DNA of 26,403 bases from a virus (lineage: Duplodnaviria > Caudoviricetes): IMG/VR virus record IMGVR_UViG_3300032218_000526, positions 1-26,403 of that record; one strand, written 5' to 3'. Of this stretch, positions 1-7,717 are shown piece by piece (the first letter of the stretch is position 1; the number at the start of each line of letters is the position of its first letter). The position numbers and the translations under genes are program-made. Below the pieces are notes generated by a model, which was not told the DNA's origin, made no database searches, and saw only the letters and a list, made by a program, of their open reading frames with translations.

Positions 1-102
1 CGCGGCAGGCAGTTTATCTTTAAGGTCGAAGCCAACCAAGTAGGAACAGGCTGGCAATTAGGTAGCCCACGCATTGATTTGCGTCCAGATGGATTAAGAT
101 AA
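1..102 (+). CDS. C-terminal end (5'-partial) of a probable tail nozzle / packaged-DNA stabilisation protein
   Basis: Frame 1 is open from base 1: RGRQFIFKVEANQVGTGWQLGSPRIDLRPDGLR* (TAA at 100-102). The next ATG follows at 104. The RGRQ...WxLGxPRxDxRPDG ending resembles podophage stabilisation proteins as I recall them. It lies just upstream of the ejection genes. Confidence 0.55.
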   Translation, partial: RGRQFIFKVEANQVGTGWQLGSPRIDLRPDGLR

Positions 103-103
103 C

Positions 104-358
104 ATGGGACTTCTAGCTAATCGTGCGCCACCAAATCCACCCAATCCTCCTGCGGAGTATAGCAAGCAATACTTTGACCGGTTGGTTAACATTTTGAACT
201 TGTTTTTTCAGCAGATAAACGCTGTACAAGCTATTAGTGTTGCTCAGTTAAACATCAATATCAACACGTTGCCCACTCAAGCAGACCTTGCTAACTTGCG
301 CTCAGGCGATGTGTACAGAGATACCGCAGCGGGTAACGTCTTAAAGATCAAGGTGTAA
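104..358 (+). CDS. Small hypothetical virion-module protein (84 aa)
   Basis: ATG 1 nt after the upstream stop, and stop 1 nt before the next ATG. Pro-rich N-terminus followed by an amphipathic helix (EYSKQYFDRLVNILNLFFQQ). Confidence 0.75.
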   Translation: MGLLANRAPPNPPNPPAEYSKQYFDRLVNILNLFFQQINAVQAISVAQLNININTLPTQADLANLRSGDVYRDTAAGNVLKIKV

Positions 359-359
359 C

Positions 360-3300
360 ATGGCTGAAGCAAATTACGGCGACGTATACAATCTGTACAT
401 GAACAATTTGGGTCGCGCACCAAGCGATGCCGATGTTGCCAATTGGGTTGGTGTGGACTACGGGTCACTTGCTAATTCCTTGGCAAACGAACCAGAGGTT
501 CAACAAAACAATCAACCGTTCTGGACGCAACCCGGCGCGTCGGATCAGCCTGCTTTTACCCCAGCCCCCGCTGCAAATTCGTGGCAACAAACAATTAACG
601 ACATTTACCAGCAAGAACTTGGTCGTCAAGCTGACCCAAGCGGGATGGACACGTTTACTAATTTCCTCAACCAAGGTATGACGGGTGAGCAGTTGCGTGA
701 AGCGCTTAGGTCTAGCGCAGAAGGTCAATCGCATGGATCGACGTCTTCACCTTCTTCTGGTGCAATCAATACTAACGCAGCAAATTACGGTGATGTGTAT
801 AACCTATGGATTCATAACTTAGGTCGCCCGCCAAGTGATTCGGATATAGCCAACTGGGTCGGTAAAGATTATTCTTCAGTAGCACAAGCACTAGCTAATG
901 AGCCAGAGGTGCGGCAGAACCAATCGTTCTGGAGTCAAGCAAAAGGACAGCCTTCCGGCGCTCAGGCAACCCCTGCGGCTCAAGATTTGTATTCTATTGT
1001 TGATGGGCAGTTAATGCTAGGCAATCAAGCGCAGTACCAAGTCGTTCCCATTCAAGACGACAGCGGTTATGTTTCTGGGTATAAAAACGCAGAAACTGGT
1101 GAATACGTTGACTTAAAAAAACTGAATAAAGGCATTACTGGATACGACAAAGACATTGAAGATTTATACAAAAACTTATTAGGTCGTGCGCCAGATGTAA
1201 GCGAGGTGGTTGCTTATAACAATAGACTAAAAAGCGGCGAGATTGACTTAAACGATGTTATTCAAGGATTTACAACGTCCAAAGAATATCTAGACAAGCA
1301 GATGCCGTTCCTTGACCCGAACGCTGACGTCAACACTAAATTTGAGCAAGGTGTGCGTGGGTTTGATGCAAAAGGATTGACCCGTGGTGGTGCATACGAA
1401 GGTTTGCCTACTCAATATTACGACCCCCAAACGGGTAAGTTAGCTGCGTGGTTTGGTACATCTGGAGATTTGACCGGCACAGATGCGTATACTTGGCACA
1501 CGGCAGCAGAAGCTAAATTGCCCGATGCACAACTCCGTCTTGCTAAAGAATCAGAACGTGATGTAGGCAAAGATTGGCGCACGCTTGGGACTAAAGCAGC
1601 AGGTATGATTGCCGCAGCTTACGCACCGCAACTTATGGCGTATATGGCTCCTGCGCTATCAACCGGCAGTCAGTTAGCTGATATGGCAATTCAAAGCGCC
1701 ATCATGCAAGGTGGGAAATCTGCTCTATCTGGCGGCGGTATAGAGGACATTATTAAAGCAGCGGGAATTGGGGCAGCTACCAGTGCCGCGGGTAATGCGG
1801 CAAGTGATTACATAGGCGATGCGTTATCATCTGGTTTAACGGACGCCCAAGCTAATGCCATGATGGGCGACTATACCAATAGCGCAAATTACAATGATTA
1901 CATTGACATAAGAGGCTCCGGTGATGGCGGGGGTGGAGCCGATAGCGGGGAAGGTGGAGACGTTACATTTTCCAATACCAAAGCCAAAAATTCTTTGGGC
2001 ATTGAAGCTGCGCCACAAGAAACAATGGATGCAATTGAGCTATTAAAAAAGGCAAATCCTGATTTTGAAAACTATCAATTAGTACAAGGCAGCAATACGC
2101 CTGCCTTACCCCCTGCGCAAAACCCGTTGTACGGCACACCTGCGATGCCGTTACAGCAAGAGCAATTGTCAGAACTCACCATCCCTACAGCAGAAAATTA
2201 CGACATTCCCATGTTGGATGTTTCCAACGGCACACCCGAAACAATTTTTCCAGATTCAATGTTAGACACGGCGGGCGCACCAGAACAAGCCTTAGCGGAT
2301 CAGATAGTCAACAACCCCGATATGCCACTTAGCGACGTATTGTCCAATGCGGACATTATCTTTTTACTTAAAAGCGGCACGTCTGTTGCCACGATTGCAA
2401 GTGTTATTGGTGCAATCGGCGGCGGTAGTGTAGATAGCGGTACGGGTAATGGCGTGGGTAGTGGTTCAAACTCAGGCAACGGCACAGGCTCTGGCGGTGG
2501 TACGGGTTCTGGTTCGGGCGGTGGTGGAACGGGTAGCGGGTCAGGTTCTGGGAGTGGTAGCGGGTCAGGTGGCGGGTCAGGTTCTGGGAGTGGTAGCGGG
2601 TCAGGTTCTGGGAGTGGTAGCGGCTCTGGTAGCGGGTCAGCCGGATCGGGTGATGGCACAGATGACGAAGAAGAAACAGATCAAACCAAAAAGAAAAAGA
2701 AACAAACACAACAACAAGCGGCAGCACAAGCGGCTATTGAAGCTATTTCAGCTAGAACCCCACCGGGCGCACAGATTGACTATCTATACGACATTGGTGG
2801 CGAGAGCATTTTTGCCCCGATGCGCCAACAACGGCCTAGACAAGATTGGGCTTATGAACCCAACGACCGATTTGCACAGGGTGGCATGGTTGCGTTTGAC
2901 GAGGGCGGTGATGTCGCAGAAACCAAACCCTACGATGCCACGATACGTGATAAGTACGCACAGGGTCTACAAGAAATCATTGAGGGGCTTGGTGCAGAGA
3001 AAGGTTATGCCCGTGGGGTGACGCGCTCTATTACAGGCGGTGAGGGTAGCAAGATGCCGCTAGGGTTAGGTGTGTCAGACTTTGTGCCGTTCCTAGGTAC
3101 GGGTATGCAAACACAAGAAGCCATGCGTAGTGGTGAGGCAGCTATTGATTCTGCTAAACGCGGTGAGTATGGTCGTGCTGCAATTGAAGGTGGTCTCGGT
3201 TTGCTTGGGTTAATTCCCGGATTGGGCGGCACAGCACGTGTTTTAAATTCTAAGCTAGTGCAAAACATGGGGCGTGCGGGTGAAAAATACGCCGAACGTG

Positions 3301-4463
3301 CCTTACCTCAAATTATGGATCGCGGTGGTTTACCCGCTGAATTGCTAGATGCTATGGCAACGGGTACGCAGTCGAAGATGCTTATCGGCTCAAAAGCTGC
3401 CGGTATCGACCCTGCTGAATTAAAGTACGCTAAAGAGATGTTAGAAAACGGCGTGTCACCTAAAGAGATTTGGGAAACCTTGCTTTGGGCAAAAGCACCC
3501 GATGGTCGGATGGTTAAGTTTCATAGCACCGCTAATGCGGATATGTTGCCGATAGATGAAGTGTTGCAAAAGCAAGCTGATACTGTTTACAACAACACCG
3601 CCGATAGGTCTGCGGCGTTAGACGCGTCTTTAATTAAAAGAAAAATGGAACAGGGGTTGTCAAAAGATGAAGCATTTAAGTGGTTTGAATCCGAATTAGG
3701 TCGCCCGCCTGCTAGGGATACAAAACCTTTGCTTGACCCGACTTGGGACGGTAGCACTTTTGATTCTAAAAAACTACACAAAATGTATTCCGAATATATT
3801 GCTCTTGACGATATTGAAAAAGGTTTAAAACTGGAAGATGTATACAGTGACCCAGAAATATTTAAACATTACCCTGCGTTAAAAGACGTAGAGTTTAAAA
3901 TTGAACCGGATAACCCAAACTATGGTGGGTACTATAGTGCAAGCGATCAACAACTTGCGGGTACACCAAATAATTTAAATTTTGCGCCTAAAGAATTAAC
4001 TGTGCATGAGTTATCGCATGCCATTAACGACTTAGAAGGTAGACCTCGCGGTGCAAACCCTACTGGTATCGAACAATCACCTGAGTATTACAGCCAAGCT
4101 GTAAGCGATGCAAACGACAAGCTTATAGACGCACAAGCGCGGATGTATGCTACACATCCTTGGATGGCGGGCATGCCCCAAGAATACGTTATTCGTGAAA
4201 TCCGTAGGATGCCCGAGTTTGTAAAGTACACAGAAGAAGTTGATAAATTCATGGGTGGTAGAACACCGGATGAGATGTATATGCGGGAACTAGGTGAAGC
4301 CGAAGCACGTATGGCGGAGTACATGCAAGATATGACACCTAACCAAGCACGTACGTTTTATCCGTTTGACCCGCAAAATTTTGAAACCGCAACGGGTGTA
4401 CCGTTGTCAGAAACATGGCATAAAAGCCACGGTGGGATAATTGATTTGTTAAGGAGTAAATGA
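360..4463 (+). CDS. Large polyvalent internal virion/ejection protein: DUF4214-like N-terminal repeats, Gly-Ser linker, C-terminal LPD23-like region and zincin metallopeptidase
   Basis: 1367-aa ORF. Four Y/WxxxLGRxxD/S repeats; GS tract; MLENGVSPKEIWETLLWAKAPDG (LPD23-like); HELSH at 4005-4019 and downstream YMRELGEAEAR. Confidence 0.75.
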   Translation: MAEANYGDVYNLYMNNLGRAPSDADVANWVGVDYGSLANSLANEPEVQQNNQPFWTQPGASDQPAFTPAPAANSWQQTINDIYQQELGRQADPSGMDTFTNFLNQGMTGEQLREALRSSAEGQSHGSTSSPSSGAINTNAANYGDVYNLWIHNLGRPPSDSDIANWVGKDYSSVAQALANEPEVRQNQSFWSQAKGQPSGAQATPAAQDLYSIVDGQLMLGNQAQYQVVPIQDDSGYVSGYKNAETGEYVDLKKLNKGITGYDKDIEDLYKNLLGRAPDVSEVVAYNNRLKSGEIDLNDVIQGFTTSKEYLDKQMPFLDPNADVNTKFEQGVRGFDAKGLTRGGAYEGLPTQYYDPQTGKLAAWFGTSGDLTGTDAYTWHTAAEAKLPDAQLRLAKESERDVGKDWRTLGTKAAGMIAAAYAPQLMAYMAPALSTGSQLADMAIQSAIMQGGKSALSGGGIEDIIKAAGIGAATSAAGNAASDYIGDALSSGLTDAQANAMMGDYTNSANYNDYIDIRGSGDGGGGADSGEGGDVTFSNTKAKNSLGIEAAPQETMDAIELLKKANPDFENYQLVQGSNTPALPPAQNPLYGTPAMPLQQEQLSELTIPTAENYDIPMLDVSNGTPETIFPDSMLDTAGAPEQALADQIVNNPDMPLSDVLSNADIIFLLKSGTSVATIASVIGAIGGGSVDSGTGNGVGSGSNSGNGTGSGGGTGSGSGGGGTGSGSGSGSGSGSGGGSGSGSGSGSGSGSGSGSGSGSAGSGDGTDDEEETDQTKKKKKQTQQQAAAQAAIEAISARTPPGAQIDYLYDIGGESIFAPMRQQRPRQDWAYEPNDRFAQGGMVAFDEGGDVAETKPYDATIRDKYAQGLQEIIEGLGAEKGYARGVTRSITGGEGSKMPLGLGVSDFVPFLGTGMQTQEAMRSGEAAIDSAKRGEYGRAAIEGGLGLLGLIPGLGGTARVLNSKLVQNMGRAGEKYAERALPQIMDRGGLPAELLDAMATGTQSKMLIGSKAAGIDPAELKYAKEMLENGVSPKEIWETLLWAKAPDGRMVKFHSTANADMLPIDEVLQKQADTVYNNTADRSAALDASLIKRKMEQGLSKDEAFKWFESELGRPPARDTKPLLDPTWDGSTFDSKKLHKMYSEYIALDDIEKGLKLEDVYSDPEIFKHYPALKDVEFKIEPDNPNYGGYYSASDQQLAGTPNNLNFAPKELTVHELSHAINDLEGRPRGANPTGIEQSPEYYSQAVSDANDKLIDAQARMYATHPWMAGMPQEYVIREIRRMPEFVKYTEEVDKFMGGRTPDEMYMRELGEAEARMAEYMQDMTPNQARTFYPFDPQNFETATGVPLSETWHKSHGGIIDLLRSK
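369..1292 (+). repeat. Four helical LGR repeats (DUF4214-like); copies 1 and 3 are close paralogues 411 nt apart
   Basis: ANYGDVYNLYMNNLGRAPSDADVANWVG (from 369) versus ANYGDVYNLWIHNLGRPPSDSDIANWVG (from 780). Also IYQQELGRQADPSG and LYKNLLGRAPDVSE. Confidence 0.8.
2436..2657 (+). repeat. Gly-Ser low-complexity tract with a 24-bp tandem unit GGTAGCGGGTCAGGTTCTGGGAGT
   Basis: Exact unit at 2532-2555 and 2592-2615, with partial copies around them. Encodes GSGSGSGS. Confidence 0.9.
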
Positions 4464-5200
4464 TGTCATCTTATGATTCATTTGGCAATCCCGTTGCTGT
4501 TGGTTCTGCCGCAGCCAACAGTGCGGATATCATGAGTTCTACTGCAACGCCTAGTGTGGCTAGTGTCTACAATGCGTTGTCCGGTTCTAATACAGACTAC
4601 GGTTCAGCCATAGCTTCATTGCTTGGGGCAGGGCTAGGCGCATCTGGTTTACTCAATAGCAGCCAACCGAAGTCTGGTTACCAAGGCAAAATTCCTGTTC
4701 TTGCAGCGACCCGCCAACAACTACCAATTGATTACACCGCGCCTCGCCGCCCCGGTAGTATGGGTCGTCGTTATTTTACGGACATGGCGTATGGACCAAA
4801 AACCGGAATAGCGGCTGTAGCTCCCGCAGCGCCTGCTGTGGAAGCGCCTGTGACTCCTGCGCCCACTGTGCCTGTTGATAATGGTGGTATGGTCAGTGCC
4901 GCTCACGGTGGCATGATGGGTTACGCCCAAGGCGGACTAGCTGATCTTGGCTATTATTTAGGCGGTCAAACCGATGGAATGGCTGATAAAATACCTGCAA
5001 ACATTGATAATAAGCAACAAGCTAAATTAAGTCACGGCGAATTCGTGGTTCCCGCAGATATCGTGAGCGCATTAGGCAGTGGCAATTCAAGTGCAGGTGC
5101 TAAGGTTTTATACGACATGATGGATCGAATCCGTAAGCATGCACACGGTACAACCAAGCAGATTAAACCTGCAAACTTAAAGAAAACGCTACCCGCGTGA
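4460..5200 (+). CDS. Probable internal virion protein with a C-terminal 'DxIPA...LSxGEFV' domain
   Basis: 246-aa ORF overlapping the upstream stop (ATGA). RBS AAGGAG at 4451-4456, so the start may be the ATG at 4463. Contains GGQTDGMADKIPANID...LSHGEFVVPADIV. Confidence 0.75.
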   Translation: MMSSYDSFGNPVAVGSAAANSADIMSSTATPSVASVYNALSGSNTDYGSAIASLLGAGLGASGLLNSSQPKSGYQGKIPVLAATRQQLPIDYTAPRRPGSMGRRYFTDMAYGPKTGIAAVAPAAPAVEAPVTPAPTVPVDNGGMVSAAHGGMMGYAQGGLADLGYYLGGQTDGMADKIPANIDNKQQAKLSHGEFVVPADIVSALGSGNSSAGAKVLYDMMDRIRKHAHGTTKQIKPANLKKTLPA

Positions 5201-5205
5201 GGTGA

Positions 5206-6072
5206 ATGATGGCTGATACAACTGCAACTGCAACCCCAACAATTCCTGATCCACTAGCGGGCGCACAACTTTCGACTGAATCGGCGCTATCTAATTGGGC
5301 GGGTCCTTATGTCACGGACATGCTTGGCAAGGGTCAGGCACTTAGTGAAACGCCCTATCAAGCGTACCAAGGACCTCTTACTGCGGGTGCATCTGACTTA
5401 CAGAACCAAGCGTTTCAGGGTGTAGCGGGGTTAACCTTACCTAGCAACATGGGTAGCTTTACGCCTCAGTCGTTTACAAGCGATGGTATTGCACAGAAGT
5501 ACATGAACCCATACTTGCAACAATCGCTTAACCCACAGCTTGACGAGATTCGTAGGCAGTCTGACATTAACCGATTAGGTTATACGGGCAAGCTCACACA
5601 AGCCGGTGCGTACGGTGGTAGTCGCCAAGCTATTATGGATTCAGAAAATAATCGTAACCTTAATTCGCAACTAGCCCTAACCACAGGGCAGGGCTATAAC
5701 ACCGCATACGATAAAGCTGCTAACCAGTTTAATACTGAGCAAGGCTTTGGGCTTACTGCACAGAACGCTAACAACCAATATGGGTTAGCGGCGTTAGACA
5801 AGCAAGCTAATTTAGGCGCAACACAGCGGGGCATTGAAGGCGAAGGTATTGCCGCAGATATGGCGCAGTTCAATCAAGAACGCGACTTCCCCTACAAGCA
5901 AGTTCAGTATCAACAGTCGTTATTGCAAGGTCTGCCGTTGGCTACACAATCGTATACTTATGCTCAACCATCTACGGTGGCAAACGTTGCAGGTACAGCA
6001 GGCGGCTTGGCTAGTTTGTACAAGAGTACGGCTCCTATGATTACAGACTTGTACAAAAACTTATTCGGCTAA
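5206..6072 (+). CDS. Probable DNA ejection/pilot protein (Gln/Ala/Gly-rich)
   Basis: 288-aa ORF with GAGGTG RBS. YMNPY...GAYGGSRQA motifs and Q/A/G-rich composition are typical of podophage ejection proteins. Confidence 0.7.
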   Translation: MMADTTATATPTIPDPLAGAQLSTESALSNWAGPYVTDMLGKGQALSETPYQAYQGPLTAGASDLQNQAFQGVAGLTLPSNMGSFTPQSFTSDGIAQKYMNPYLQQSLNPQLDEIRRQSDINRLGYTGKLTQAGAYGGSRQAIMDSENNRNLNSQLALTTGQGYNTAYDKAANQFNTEQGFGLTAQNANNQYGLAALDKQANLGATQRGIEGEGIAADMAQFNQERDFPYKQVQYQQSLLQGLPLATQSYTYAQPSTVANVAGTAGGLASLYKSTAPMITDLYKNLFG

Positions 6073-6081
6073 GGAAACATC

Positions 6082-7704
6082 ATGTTCGGTATTGACCAAC
6101 AAGTTCAGCAAACGGCAGATGCGTACCGTGGCAAGCCTCAGATGCTTCAGCAAAAATACGCACAGAACCAACAGCTTATTGACTTGTTGGCGTTGCAAAA
6201 GCTCAAGTCCGATAAGGAAGAAGCCTCACGTCAAATGGCGTTATCTATGGGTGGTCAAGGCACGCCACCGACCATTGCCGATCAGCGCGAATCGCAAGTC
6301 TTAGATATGACTAAGAAAGAGGTCATCGACGAGCAAGCCGGTGTCATGCAGAACAAGATGAAGCAGATGCAGGATGCACAGCGTAAAGTCTTGCAATCCG
6401 CCGGTGCGCCACCGATGCCCGGTCAAAGCACTCCACAACCTCAACAACCCCCGTCGGCAGGGCTGGCAGGTATCCCTGCGCCTAATATGCAAGGCATGGC
6501 AGGTGGTGGCATTGTTGCTTTTGAAGGTGGTGGTTCTACTGACAAAGAAAAAGAGCAGCGAGAAAAGGATCGTGCAGCAGCAACAAATACTATTGAACAG
6601 TTAATAGCAGCGGGTAAAGACGTTCTTTCCGCGCCGGTACGTGGCATTGCGGGCGCAGCCGAATCCGTTATTACTCGTCCGTTACGGGCAGCGGGCGTAC
6701 CACTTCCTTACTTACCTGAATCGTTTTACGGCGGGGATCGTGGAAGCCTAACCCCGTACGCAGATAAACTGGCAAGAGAAAATGCAGCAAAAGAAAACAC
6801 GGCAAGAATAGAATCTCGCGGCGTTGACCCAACAGACGCTAGTGAATTTTTAAGCACTCTTAAAACAGTTGCACCTACAGCAGAAACACCACCCGCACCA
6901 CGAGCAGCACCACAAGGCACGGGCGGCGGCACACCAATGGGCAATGCCCCCGGAACCGTTGGATTCGGTATTCAATCACTGATTGGTACTAAAACACCTG
7001 ACGAAGCAGCGAGAGAAAACGAAGCTCGTGCAGCGGCAGCGGCTAACTACACCCCTGAAGAACGTGCAGCTAAAGAGCGGATGATCCAAGAGCGCTCGGC
7101 GGCAGACAGAGAAGCTGCGTTTATTAACGGGTTACTAGGCATGTCAGGTCGTACCACTAATGCCGGTGCTATTGCTGCCGGTGGCGCTGCTGCACAAAAT
7201 ACGCGCAACCAAGCCCTTGCTGCACGCCACAAAGCCGAAGGCGAACTCATTGATATCGGTCCTGCGTCACGTATGGCGGGTACTAAAGCCGGTGAAGCTC
7301 GGTTTAAAGATACGGTACTTGGTATGTCCCAAGGTGTGGATGCTGCGGTTAAACAAGCAGCAAACGCTACTGCGGCGGCAAGTAATACGTTACGTCAAAA
7401 AGAATTAGATTTTAATCACGCTATGGAGCGTATAAGAGATTTCCAAAGAATACAAGAAAAAGGATTGGTTGATTTGGACAAAAATTATACCGTTGCAAAA
7501 TCTAAGTTGGGTGTTTTACCGGGTACAAAAATAACTCCTGAAATGCAACGTGAGCTAGATATATTAGATACTCAATATGCGTTGGGAAGAGAACGTTTAC
7601 AGAAAACCCCCGCAGAAATTAACGTATTGCGGCAAAGAATAGGCATGGGTTCGTATGATGGATATAGCATAGTAGGTGTTCAACCCGCCGCCCCTAAACC
7701 ATAG
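6082..7704 (+). CDS. Probable internal virion/ejection protein (helical, Ala/Gln-rich)
   Basis: 540-aa ORF with AAGGA RBS. Contains the MAGGGIVAFEGGG motif and coiled-coil-like stretches. Confidence 0.7.
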   Translation: MFGIDQQVQQTADAYRGKPQMLQQKYAQNQQLIDLLALQKLKSDKEEASRQMALSMGGQGTPPTIADQRESQVLDMTKKEVIDEQAGVMQNKMKQMQDAQRKVLQSAGAPPMPGQSTPQPQQPPSAGLAGIPAPNMQGMAGGGIVAFEGGGSTDKEKEQREKDRAAATNTIEQLIAAGKDVLSAPVRGIAGAAESVITRPLRAAGVPLPYLPESFYGGDRGSLTPYADKLARENAAKENTARIESRGVDPTDASEFLSTLKTVAPTAETPPAPRAAPQGTGGGTPMGNAPGTVGFGIQSLIGTKTPDEAARENEARAAAAANYTPEERAAKERMIQERSAADREAAFINGLLGMSGRTTNAGAIAAGGAAAQNTRNQALAARHKAEGELIDIGPASRMAGTKAGEARFKDTVLGMSQGVDAAVKQAANATAAASNTLRQKELDFNHAMERIRDFQRIQEKGLVDLDKNYTVAKSKLGVLPGTKITPEMQRELDILDTQYALGRERLQKTPAEINVLRQRIGMGSYDGYSIVGVQPAAPKP

Positions 7705-7717
7705 CAACGGACGCATT

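Noticed and set aside
369-940. Paired repeats as template/variable repeat of a diversity-generating retroelement
   Set aside because: Both copies are in-frame coding, differences are not restricted to adenines, and there is no reverse transcriptase in the window.
2300-3021. Long alternative-frame ORFs (2300-2659 -, 2404-2727 -, 2449-3021 +)
   Set aside because: Shadows of the stop-free Gly-Ser repeat, with repetitive products and no convincing RBS.
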